Positions 24,313-35,589 of a stretch of 64,000 nucleotides of DNA are shown one piece after another. The stretch is from Camelus ferus (Eukaryota): the NCBI RefSeq assembly GCF_009834535.1, contig NC_045697.1, positions 34,908,001 through 34,972,000 of the forward strand. The letters are read 5' to 3'. The notes beneath the pieces are model-generated. The model saw nothing but the letters and a program-made list of their open reading frames with translations. It was not told where the DNA came from and did not search any database. Positions within the stretch are counted from its first letter, which is position 1. Every line of letters starts with the position of its first letter. Position numbers and translations under genes: made by a program.

Positions 24313-27300
24313 CCAGCAAAGACAAGAATGCAGAGGTCCACAGCTTCATGGATACCCCTTCACCAGGCTAAAAGACAACTTTTATATGCAGACTGTTCAG
24401 CTAAGACTCTCGGGATTTATAAAATCCCAGCTCTCTCTGTCTTAATTAGCACAAACTGACAGAGATGATCAAGCAGCACTTTAATGACATTTAACATCAG
24501 ATGTGTTTGGTAATCATACAATCACTCCATGGAATCACTTTTAGTTTTGCTTAATAGAAACTAAGTTGATTTTTAAATATTTGACAGAGGCCAATATCTG
24601 GGCAAAAAACTAATGGATGCCAAAGAAATGCCCATTTGTAAATGAGAGAGTACCTTTGTGCACAAGAAAATGGTGAATTCAGGCTATCCAAAACTTCACA
24701 TCCAACCTAATTTACTGTATAAATAGTATCAATAAATATTTGTGTTAATGAGAACTAATATTCTGACTAATTATCTAAAATGTTTCACTAGTGTTTCACT
24801 AGTCCTCCAAGAAACTAGATTGAGATGGAAGAGGGCAGGGTGGGGAGAAACCTGGGCTAGAGATTTAAAACATGCCTACATTTGGGAGGATTCTATAAAT
24901 TATTTTTGCAGATTCATTAGAAAAATTATCATTTTGTTTAATCTTAAGTTTTGGATGTAGCTCCCATATCACCACTGCCAGATAGTATGACCGCGTGCAT
25001 CCATCATGTTGCATTGACACATCAGACTTCTTTGTTTGTTTTGATTGCCAAAAGGGCTTAATATCAGTTGTACAATCTTTCTAAACTTTATAGCTCCTGG
25101 CTCAGGAAAGATAGCCTTTGCTGTTGAAGCCAACTTCTTCACATGCTGTTATCTGTTACAGAACTAAGAGATCTTGTTTTAATTAGCAGGTTTCCATGGT
25201 GGGAAAGAGCAGGTAGTATGTGTCTTTATTCTTGATACAAATAACACCACCTCAGTGCTTACTACAACCTGGAACAAAACCATGCAACAAGAAGCGGGTG
25301 GAATAAAATCTATGCACTTAATTTACAAAATCTCTGGTAATGACAGTTGTATTGTTACTGTTAACTGACACAACAGTCTGCCATGTGGTGGGAAATTATA
25401 GCCTGCTGAATCCTACTTAAGCTGATCCACTTTAGACTGAGTAACTGTGCGAAACATCCTTTGAAGATACTGTCCCTGCTGACATAGATTTTGTCTAACA
25501 TCAATTTTTGCATTTTTGGTAACAAATGAAACCGCCTGCATACGAATCTAACTTGTTAAATACTTGCTCTGTGATGGCCCTTATGTATATCCTGGAAATC
25601 ACTTATTTTGGTTTTATTCAACTATTAGCAGACTAAAACTTCCTTCTGCAGCAGGCTTCTTGTTTTTCATGGTAAGGTCTGTTTTTAAATATTTAATTTG
25701 AACAGCTCTAAAATATTGGCACTTGGGTCACTAAAGGATTTTAAGATTTGAATGTAAGTTCATTTCCTGTTGGTCAAAGACATATCTGTAAGTTGGCAAA
25801 AGAAATTGAGAAATGGGAAGCTTAATATTCAGGATAGCATTGAGGTTGATAGCTTGAGAGAATGACAAAACTTTTAAAACCAAGACCCCTGTTTTGCTGT
25901 GACTGGACACCATGGTAGTCTTATTAGCTTGACCAGTAGGGAGTCATTCATTTAGCACAAAGCAGCAGGAGATTTAAACTGCCAGTGCTAATGTATTTTG
26001 GTGTATACTACAAGGAAGAAATTTTATCCTTGAATTTGAGGGTGATGGGGATGGATCAGGAAAGGATGGCGCCAGAATTCCACATGATGATGAACTAAAA
26101 GATGTTGCTTTTCAGAAGAAGGTAAAGCATCTGTTTTGGGTAGGGGGGTATCTCATGTAAAAATCTAAGTGAGTCGAAGAACTAGCCACTGTCTCTTTTT
26201 AAAACCATGTATACGCAACAGAAAATAGGTCTGTTTTCAGTGCAACATTGCAAAAAAAAAAAAAAAATGCTGCAATCTAAGAAAATAAAAAGGAATTTTA
26301 ACTCTATTATGGAAGACCCATTACATTTTTAAGTTAGATTATCAGTTTTGAAAGGAATATTCAGGTTATTTCACTTTGTTTTTAAATGGCTGCATCAGAA
26401 AAAAAAAAGTCTATTTTTTTTTATTAAAATATTTCATCACTTGTTAAAATGTGTTTGGACCTGAGTTGGGTAAAGTGTTATTTTCCCTGCTGTTGTACTA
26501 CCACAGACTATTGGCTTTTGGTTTCCTAAAGAGAAAAATTGCCTTTTTACTAGAAAGCCTTTGTGTATTGCCAATTTTTCTGTTTGGGAAAATCTAAGGA
26601 TTCACTGTGGTTAGTCTTGCAGATGAAACATGGATTTGATAAACTAGTGCCTATGATTTTAACTTATGTTTGATATATAGTAGTAAGGGTTTTATGAATG
26701 TTGATTATTTTTTTGTGCCAACAGCCCAAAATTGTCACTTATATGTAAGCAGAAAGCTATGAGCTCTGCTTCCAAAGTTATTTAATTTTTTCAGTGTTTG
26801 AATGTTATTTTTTGTAAGTGTGTTAATAAAAGTGTAAAGAATTGGAAAAAATATAAATATTCTTAACTCAAGCATTTGCTGGATCATTTTTCTACAAAAC
26901 TTGTTTGTATAATATAAAACACTCTCTGAAGGGTTGGCTTTTTTTTTTTTTTTCCTTTTCTTTTTTTTTTTTTTTTTTGGTTTTCATACCCTGGAAATCA
27001 CATTTTGTAATAGTGGGGACCATTCATAATTGTCAGATACTTTTTAAAATTATTATCTCAATACATCAGTTTTATAAAAAAAGTTTTTCTGAAAGGAAAT
27101 TAGATACATGTGTCCCCAGATGTTTGTATAACTATAGAATGATCTTGACTGTGTATATTTAACTTTTATTGAATGTACAGGCGTCCATTTTTGACATTAC
27201 GCATGGTCCTTTTAGATCACATGAAGTTTGATTTGCAAACATTTCTATAGCCGAACTTGTATGTGTGGTTGCCTCCTTAATAAACAACCTGACCATAATG

Positions 27301-28400
27301 TTTATTATTAAATTTATATTTGTTTTTTTCAAGTGTTTTTATTAATTTCTGGGTATGATAAGATCTGCCCCCCTTCCTGCCAGTTGACTGTAATTGATTA
27401 TAATAAATTCCCAGTTAATTTTTTTTTTAACACAAAGCCAAATCATATTGCCCTTTCAGACTTGATCTCCGTGAGGCTGGAATATATCATGTTGTACTCT
27501 CTCTGTCCTGATTATTTGGGATAAATTTATAGTTTACTCGAAATTGGTATGTTCTTGGAACTTTTTAACCTGTTGTGAATTAATACCTAGTTAGAAAAAG
27601 CTAGCATATGTGAAAGAAGCAAAAGCCTGTTCATAACTCTCATTATATGAATATCCAGGAGGAAAAATTAATACATTTTCAAACCAAATATTAATATTTA
27701 TTTAGTTGATTGTGTGCATCTTTGACTTATGGATAAATCAAAAATCAAGAATTGCACACTGTTTACTTCCCCACATCCCTTTTGAAAGTGTTTTTGACTA
27801 TCCTCCATGTTACAGTTAGTCTCACTAACGAGTTACAGAGAAATGACCCTTTCATGCTTGAACTTTCTCCCAAGCCAACATAAAACCTTTTAAGAACCGT
27901 TTAAAATTAAATGTCATTATACTTGTAAATTAATGAATGAAAAGTTTGCTTAAACTTGTCATATACCCATTGGAACAGGAAAACCTGTACGGTGGTTCTT
28001 GTGAATTATTTGCTATATCAAAGTTGAGCTTTGAATTACTAAAGCAGAATAAATGATAGCGAAGCTAACTTGGAGAGGGGTAGTGAACAGTGTCTTCACA
28101 TGAGCATGAAGCCAGGGTTGCAACCACTAGCATACTTTGAATGGCCCAAATACAAGTCTGAGTAGACTAAAGGACCCTCTGGTTACTAGTATGAAAATGG
28201 AACAGATTTCCCTCATGGAGTTTACTTAAATACAACTCTGTTAAAACTGTTAACTGCATGCCAATTTCAAACCAGTTCTTTACACTGGGTAACCATAATG
28301 CCTTCTCTTTAAAAAGAGGAGGGGGGAAAAGCTTGATTTCTTTTGATTTTGAAAATAATAGACTCATTACTTTTTTAAAAACTGAAAACAAGAAATATAA
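24313..28400 (+). other. SLAIN2: SLAIN2 long 3' UTR (3' end approximate) with several candidate poly(A) signals
   Basis: About 4 kb of AU-rich sequence with no repeat I can recognise, ending before the MITE at 28492. AATAAA at 24731, 25302, 26284, 26825 and 27279. Confidence 0.6.
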
Positions 28401-28491
28401 AAGGGAAAGTGATCCCACATTTCACCTTGGGATCTCACAATCCCACCTTGTGGAAATATTTAAATGCTGACCTAAACATGGTCGTGAAATA

Positions 28492-28891
28492 CAGGTATTT
28501 CCTGCATTTTGGAGGTTCACTGTATGCCACTTCACTTTTACGAAAGATCTATTAATACCTGTTTTTACTAACCAGAAGAAATCTGAGGATTTTCGCTTTC
28601 ATGAAAAAAGGCAAAGGCAGAAATTAGCGTTCAGCGTTCGCTTTGCACAGAGCCGTTATAGAGGCAGTGCACACCTCCCTGTCAAGTCCGTCACTGGGAA
28701 CTACTCAGCATCTTAGCATCTAGCCACCATAGCTTAGAACTATGTGAGCATCTGTGTTTTATCTTGATTTTTTTTTCTCTTTTGCATCCAGCAAGGCATG
28801 TCCTCAGATAATTGCTGCTTCACTTTATGCTATTTCAGCTTAGGAAGAGTTTCATAGGAATGCTCCTGCTTTCAGTAGTGAGGGAAGCCTG
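28492..28891. mobile_element. TcMar-Tigger-type MITE (~400 bp)
   Basis: TA|CAGG... and ...AAGCCTG termini with degenerate inverted ends. The internal sequence resembles laurasiatherian Tigger MITEs. Confidence 0.65.
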
Positions 28892-30089
28892 AATTACGTG
28901 GAAGGGTAAAAAGTCTTCTGTTTAAGATGAGAAAATACTTTTTCACTTATAATGCTGAGATGAGTTTGCTTTTGAACAGAGATGTACACTAACTGCTTAT
29001 TGAAAGCTTGACACATTTCTCAATTCCTGATTGTAGATACTCCTTGATTTAAAACAGTACATTGTATCTTTATAACATCAGTTAGTTTTTATTATGAAAA
29101 ATCACATTTATTATAGAAAACTAGAGAAATAGAGTAAATTATAAAGAAGTAAAAGCATTTAATTCCATAGGTAATCAGCCACTTAAATTTGAGGATATTG
29201 TCTTTTTCCCCCCCCCTAATGAAATTGGGATCATATTCATGATTGATAGTGTAACTTTTTCTTAACTCTAAGGTCACTGAAGACTACCATCATTTAGATG
29301 AAGTCTGCTGGGAGAAATAAAAAACTCCAGAAAGAGTATACAAATATCTAAAACTTTACCAAACCTATATTCTCACTGTTCTTTATATATTATCTTTTAC
29401 TGACACCAGCAGTCCCCCAAGTCTACCAAGCCATGAATGGACAGTATTGGTTGAATAGTTTCAAAACAAAGTACCTCTGAAGAAATAGGCACAACCAATT
29501 AAAGAATCAAGATAGTCTAGACTGAGTTCTGAGACCAGAGAATCCCCTGACAGGCTGCTAAAACAAATTTCTGCACTCTACCCCAAGCATGTCTGTTTAA
29601 AAATAGAACTCTGGTCCCAAGAATGGAAATTCTGGGAATAGGGGTCCCAGCACAGGTTAGGTGCCTGTAACTAGGCTAACTGACTGTGGCAGGTGATTGG
29701 GGTTAAGTAAAACCATGTACATGCTTTGAAAATCATGGATAGAGTGAGGGAAGACCATTTTCCCTGAAAGTGGTATTACACCCAGTAAGTGGACCTAGTC
29801 TTGGGCAAACAAAACAGGTACGTGCCCCAAAAGTCTCAGTGCATATTGTATAAAATGCTTGCTTCATGTCAGTAGCCATGTTTTCCTGGAGAAAACATTT
29901 GTACTGAGAGGGAAGATTCGGATAGTTTTGGAGCCCTAGGCTCAATTATTCATACAGCCCAGTATTATTCCTGTCCTTGAATTCCACAAAGCAACTGTAT
30001 CCTTATAAGTTTCCTTTAATAATAGGTCAGTAAGGTCTGACAGAAGCTCAGACTGTCGTGTGCCTGCAGAAGGAAGGGTTAATTTTTCA

Positions 30090-30900
30090 AGTGTTTTTTT
30101 AGATTGATACATAAAATATGTAAAGTGTACAAAACGTTCAGCTGAGTGAATTATAGTAAGTGAGGACATGTGTAACCACCATGCAGGCAAGAATTACCGT
30201 TCAGAGCACAGCAAAGAGCTTTCCTGATGCCACCTGCCAACCACACGCCCTTCCTCCTCTTCAAAGATAACAGCTATCCTGACCGGCCTTCCAATATTAT
30301 AATTTAGTTTTGCTTAAACTAAACATTAAACCAGACACTTTGTAATTTTTTCCTCCCTATCTTATTTTGATTAAAGCCTCGAAGTGGTGTTTCTCTCAGA
30401 CTCAGGCACTAAACAAACAATAAAGATAATATGAGATACACCCATGTTGCTGATGTCACTGTAGTTTGTTCACTCTTGTTGCCATATTATATGCCACTGT
30501 ATAAATATATCAGTTTGTCCATTCTCATGTAATGTTGAAGGACAGTTGGGTTGTTTCCAGTTTAGGTCTCTTAAAAATAATGCAGATTTCGACTTGAGGG
30601 ATAATCAAGATGGCTTAATCCCTCAAAAGCCTTTCTCTCCCACTTAGAACTAAAAATTTTGGACAAGATGCAAAAGGCAACTACCTGAGGACACTGAAAA
30701 ATAAACAAAAGCAGGTGGGTTGGGAGGAGAGTTAAACGGAGAAGAGACCCATACAGGGGTGAATTTTCCATTTTCCCCCTCTTTCATCCCTTGGCCCTGA
30801 GCTCAGAGAGGGCACCCAGCAGAGCTGTCATAGTGGCTTCTCTGATAGGTTAAACCAGAGGAAACTGAGGGAAAACCTATGAAAGGAGAACCCCAAAAAT
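30090..30900. mobile_element. Old L1M fragments (3' end on -, then a 5'-UTR-like piece on +)
   Basis: GTAAAGTGTACAAAACGTTCAGCTGAGTGAATT...GGACAGTTGGGTTGTTTCCAG; then CAAGATGGC...AACTAAAAATTTGGACAAG. Confidence 0.55.
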
Positions 30901-31074
30901 GAGTCCCCTCTTGATTACAAGACCTTTGTGCTTTATCATGTTTGCACTTTTTCCCTGTTGCCAGAAATGTAGATCTATATATGATGCTTAATTGTAGTAA
31001 CTGAATTTATTTTTTTATATCCTTACTTGGTCCAAAATAAATGTAAGGTTGTTTACATCAACATAGGAATTTTT

Positions 31075-31499
31075 TAACACTTTTATTAGGTATGGTATGG
31101 TTCCTGTACAGTAAAGTACACATATATCAGATGTACAATTTGATGAATTTTGATAGATGTATACACCAATGAAACCACCACCACAATCAAGATAGCTAAC
31201 ATTTACATTACTCCCCAAGAGGTGCAATTTTCCAATTCCCAATTTATCCCTTCCCATCCACTTTACCTCCTAGTAACCATAAGTTTGTTCTCTGTGAGTC
31301 TGTTGATGTTTTGTAGATAAGTTCATGTGTGTCCTTTTTTTAAGATACCACATACGAGTGATACTTGGCATTTTTCTTTCTCTTTCTGACTTCACTTAAA
31401 ATGACAATCTCCAGGTCCATCCATGTAGCTGCAAATGGCATTATTTTATTCTTTTTTATGGCTGAGTAGTATTCCATTATGTGTGTATGTCTATATATG

Positions 31500-31553
<54 letters not shown>

Positions 31554-32200
31554 CACCACAGCTGCTTTATCTAGTCATCTATTGATGGGCATTTGGGTTG
31601 TTTCCATGTCTTGACTATTGTAAATAGTGCTGCTGTGAACATTGGGGTGCATGTGTCTTTTTGAATTATATTTTTCTCCAGATATATGCCCAGGAGTGGG
31701 ATTGCTGGATCATACGGTAAGTCTATTTTTAGTTTGTTAAGGAACCTTCACACTGTCTTCCATAGTGGCTGCACCAAACTACATTGCCACCAATAGTGTA
31801 GGAAGGTTCCTTTTTCTCCACACCCTCTACAGCATTTATCACTTGTAGACTTTTTAATGATGGCCATTCTGACTGCTGTGAGGTGATTGTAGTTTTAATT
31901 TGGTGTAGTTCCTTGTAGTTTTGATTTGCATTTCTCTAGTAATTAGTGATGTTGAGCATCTTTTCATGTGCTTGTTGGGCATCTGTATGTCATATTTGCA
32001 GAGATGTCTATTTAGGTCTTCTGCCCTTTTTTTTTTGATTGGTTTGCTTGTTTTTGTTGTTGTTATATATTAAGGTGTATGAGCTGTTTGTATATTTTGG
32101 AAATTAGTCCCTTGTCAGTCACATCATTTGCAAATATTTTCTTTCATTCTGTAGGTTGTCTTTTTGTTTTGTGGATGTATCCTTAGCTGTGCAAAAACAC
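31075..32200 (-). mobile_element. L1 3' region with an embedded (TG)n(TA)n microsatellite at ~31480-31552
   Basis: Canonical antisense L1 ORF2/3' UTR text (GCTGCAAATGGCATTATTTTATTCTTTTTTATGGCTGAGTAGTATTCC, GGGATTGCTGGATCATA). Confidence 0.92.
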
Positions 32201-34559
32201 AAGTTTTTATTAGACTGGAAAACATCATAAGGCTGAAGAAAATAGAAGAAATCTCATGTGGCATATTTGCTTCCTCTTCCTTTCCGGAGCACTGATTGTA
32301 TTTTTATTTTATAATATAACTGTTCTCTTAGAAAGAAGTAAGGTGAACATAAGTGAAAAATACATATTTATATTTTTAACCTAAATATTAAAATTTTCCA
32401 CCTATTCAGCGAGCCAGAAAGGCTTCTGTAGGTTTAACTTATTCTGCATAGCCCTAAGCTGTGGACTGAGAAAAAAGTTATATTATCACTTCTAATAAAA
32501 TTTTATAAATAAGTTATATATATTGATTTATAATAAAGACTAAGTATAAGCAGAATCTGTTAAAATTCCTTACAAGTAGTTTTGCTATAGGAAGTCTCTT
32601 TGTCTTGATTCCTTTTAACTAACATGAAAAAAGTTTTAATTAGAAAACTTGATTTTCTGTGTGGACATCCTCTTAATACACGTTTCACAAAGTTAGGGGG
32701 GAGGGGAAAGCTATTTTTGAGAATTGGTAACTTGGCCAGCAGCTACTTAGAGTATTTACACATCAAACATCTTCTAGATAAAAGGAGGTACCTGTAGGTT
32801 ATTTCCTTGTAGAGGCCACCAAGCCAGGCAGAGCAGAGTTTGTTTGTTTGTTTGTTTTTTGAGCTGGGTAAGTTTTTATGCCAACTTCTACCCTCTATAG
32901 AAGGACCAAGTGAAAATTGCCCTTGCCCTTCGCCAGGAAGTCCTTCTGTGGTGGAGGCTGTCCTGACTTCTGAGGTCTTCTTTCCTTCAGTAACAGGAAA
33001 ATCCCCTATTGAGGCCCCGGATTATCTGGCACCCTTGACTTCCAGCCTCCTGCGAGGATGAGGATATCACTGCATTGCGAGTGGCTCCTACCTGTGCATT
33101 CAAGTCCTCCCTGGGGATCTGATCTCTATCTGCTGATTAGTCCTCCCCAAACTTCACTGATCCATAAGTACCTCTCACTCCCCAAACTGAGGAAGAAGCC
33201 CATGCCCCAAGGGCAAAACCACCTGCTCAACAGCCTCTTGATTCCTAGCCTGTTCTTGCCTCTCTCAAGTCCCCATCCCTTGGTCTTTTTCCAACCTGGT
33301 CCCTAACAGTAAAGGGAGAGAGAGAGACTAAACAGTTGCTTCCTCTGTTATTCAACTATATCCCCAGTTAGTGCATTTCATGCTCGGAAAGTTTTGTCTT
33401 GGAAGGCAGTAAGCTGTGGGCATAGGGACAGTCTTTATGTCTTGTTACACCAAACAGCTGGCCTAGATTAAAATTTTTTTCCTCCAAATTCCTCTGCTTG
33501 CTTTACATTCTAGCTGTTACATAATCCTCATTCTTACTCTCACTTGTCTGATAATACTCTGCTGCATTTATCTAGTGCTTACAGTTTATGAAATACCTTG
33601 TCACATAAAAAATATGTTTAAGCCTACAGAATAATCAAATCAGTCTATTGGATCTGACTTTTCCTTCTAGGAAGCTTTTTGGTGAAGGCCCAACCAGGGC
33701 AGAAGCCTTTAGAATTTACCTATGAAATCATGAACAGGCTAGCACAAGTCCAGCAACATGGAATAGTGGAAAGACCCCAACCAGGAGTCAGGTCTTTTAC
33801 TTGGGAATCACTCTTACCCCGCCTCCTCACAGAGCTGTGGAAAGGGCCCAGTGAGATAACACACTGATGGTACTTGAAAATCTTATACCCACTTAAAACA
33901 ATCAGTATCTTAGCCCCAAGGGCTCAAGCCCTGTTCACAAGCAGATAAAACGGATTGGGCCAAGAACTGTAGGTGCCATCACTGACCCCTCGCTCACCAG
34001 AGCAGGGAGCTAAGGAACAGCTTAGATTACAGCTGCCTGGTCTAACCCCCACCCCTTGGTTATACCAGTCCTAATGAGACAGAAGACGTAGTGGGATCAA
34101 GAGTACCACCAGCTGACAGGGGCCCATACAGCTTGGACTGCAAAAGCCCAAGCAGGTCAGCCTGCCAGACGTCCAGGTGGGATGAGCTCTGAGAAGCTGA
34201 TTCCCACCCCCCACCCCCATTCACCTTTCCCAAATTCTCCATCCCAGACTTGCTGCTTCCAGCACACTGCCACCGAAAGGCCCCTTCCGTCCCTCCCTGC
34301 CTCTTTTCCCTCTCACCCATTTGAGTCCACTGGGATCCAGCTGCACCTTAAAAAAAAATGCAAGGATCTCGGATTGGGGGGTAAGAGGGCGCGATGGGGG
34401 TGCTGTGTCATCACCAAGCTGTAACTTTGGTGCATGAAGATGAGTAAGATGGGCAGTCCCGGCTCCAGGGAGACTCCAGAGCCCCAGTATCTTTAGGAGG
34501 GCAAGATGAGGGAAGTGCATTCCTGGCCGAATTTAGAAACAGAGGATCATTGAGTTGAA

Positions 34560-35560
34560 GTCCCAGAGTAACCTCGCGGGCAGCCGGGCCTGTTGCCAAG
34601 CCAGCCTCGTGCTGCTAAATCGTCCCGTCTCAAGCTCCCTCTCCACCTGGGTTTTGCAAGCTCCAGCCTTTGTTTTCACACCAGTTCCCACCCGGGCCGA
34701 CCCTTGCGGTGGGTCGTGGTAGTTTTGGAGGGCATGGGAACAGGAGCCACCTGGCGGTGCGTCCTAGGCAGCCGTTGCGGAGCCTCTGAGACTGAAATTC
34801 AAGCGGGAGCGAGTCCTGGCCTGGAAGAGCTCTCCTTCCCCGCCCCCGCGTCCGGCTGGAGGGTGCGGACTGCGCCGAATCCCGCACGTGGCTGGTCTCC
34901 GGCTCCTCCCGCTCCTCTCCGCCGCAGGGGGACGACCATCTTCCTCGTTCCGAGGCGCCAAAGCTCTAGGGCCTCAGCGCCCACTTTGGGGAGTCCCTGC
35001 TCCGGAGAGCCCCGAGGAAGGGGCGGAAGCACGGGTCCCACTGCGAGCCGCAGATCCTGCACGCTTCTCCACCGCTCGGATCCGCCTCCCGGGCTCCAAA
35101 GCCGACCCCCACCGCACGTGGGCCCCGCAGACCCGGAGGATGAGACTTTCGGGCGGCGGGTGAGCGCAGCAGACACTTTCCTCCCCTCCAGGACGCCCCA
35201 AACTCCACTCAGCGCGGGAGGTCTTGTCCGGCGCTCTGGAACCCATGGCCCTGACTCCCGCCTGCAGCAGAGAAGAGTGGCGGGAGAGACCCCAGACTCT
35301 TAGCAGTCGCATCGTCCTCTGCGTAGTGCGCGATGACCCGGTGCCACGGTGCCGGCTAGACCACTTGGTGAAGTTGCAGACCTTGCGGTGGATGACGAGC
35401 CACTTGTCCGGGCGCAGCTTGTGCTCCTGAATCTCCTCCCAGCTGAAGGTAGGTAGGCATCGGCGCCGCGCGCTCTGTGGCCCGCTCGCCCTGGTTCGCC
35501 GCTTCCCCGTGCTGCCTGCCGACCAGGTTGCCCCGTGCACTGCGGTGTGTGCGGCCGGAA
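34560..35560. promoter_or_regulatory. Orphan CpG island made of the FADS2 exon 1 / intron 1 copy
   Basis: About 1 kb of very GC- and CpG-rich sequence in an AT-rich window. GC boxes at 34837 and 35031, CACGTG at 34885 and 35115, CTCF-like site at 34746-34757. Confidence 0.75.
35305..35510 (-). pseudogene. FADS2: FADS2 (delta-6 desaturase) exon 1 pseudogene: N-terminal cytochrome b5-like domain
   Basis: Reads [32 protein letters not shown], then in another frame HRVIAHYAEDDAT; recalled FADS2 is [32 protein letters not shown]...QRVIGHYAGEDAT. The start is ACG in the context GGCAGGCAGC-ACG-GGG-AAG. Indels of -1, +4 and -4; HPGG motif destroyed. Confidence 0.93.
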
Positions 35561-35589
35561 GACTTCTTTATTTTAACACTAACTTTCTC

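Noticed and set aside
33655..33680. GGAAGCTTTTT / GACTTTTCC as the left TSD of the FADS2 copy
   Set aside because: Only loosely similar to GGAAGACTTCTTTATTTT at 35557, and there is no clear poly(T) tract. It is not supportable without an outgroup alignment.
34593..35303. 236-aa ORF (+) and other overlapping long ORFs in the island
   Set aside because: Non-ATG start and a low-complexity Arg/Pro/Gly composition, as expected from stop-codon scarcity in GC-rich DNA. No recognisable domain.
34974..35540. 188-aa ORF (-) as a functional FADS2-like protein
   Set aside because: GTG start, only ~35 codons in the FADS2 frame, the HPGG heme motif is deleted, and no further FADS2 exons appear in the window.
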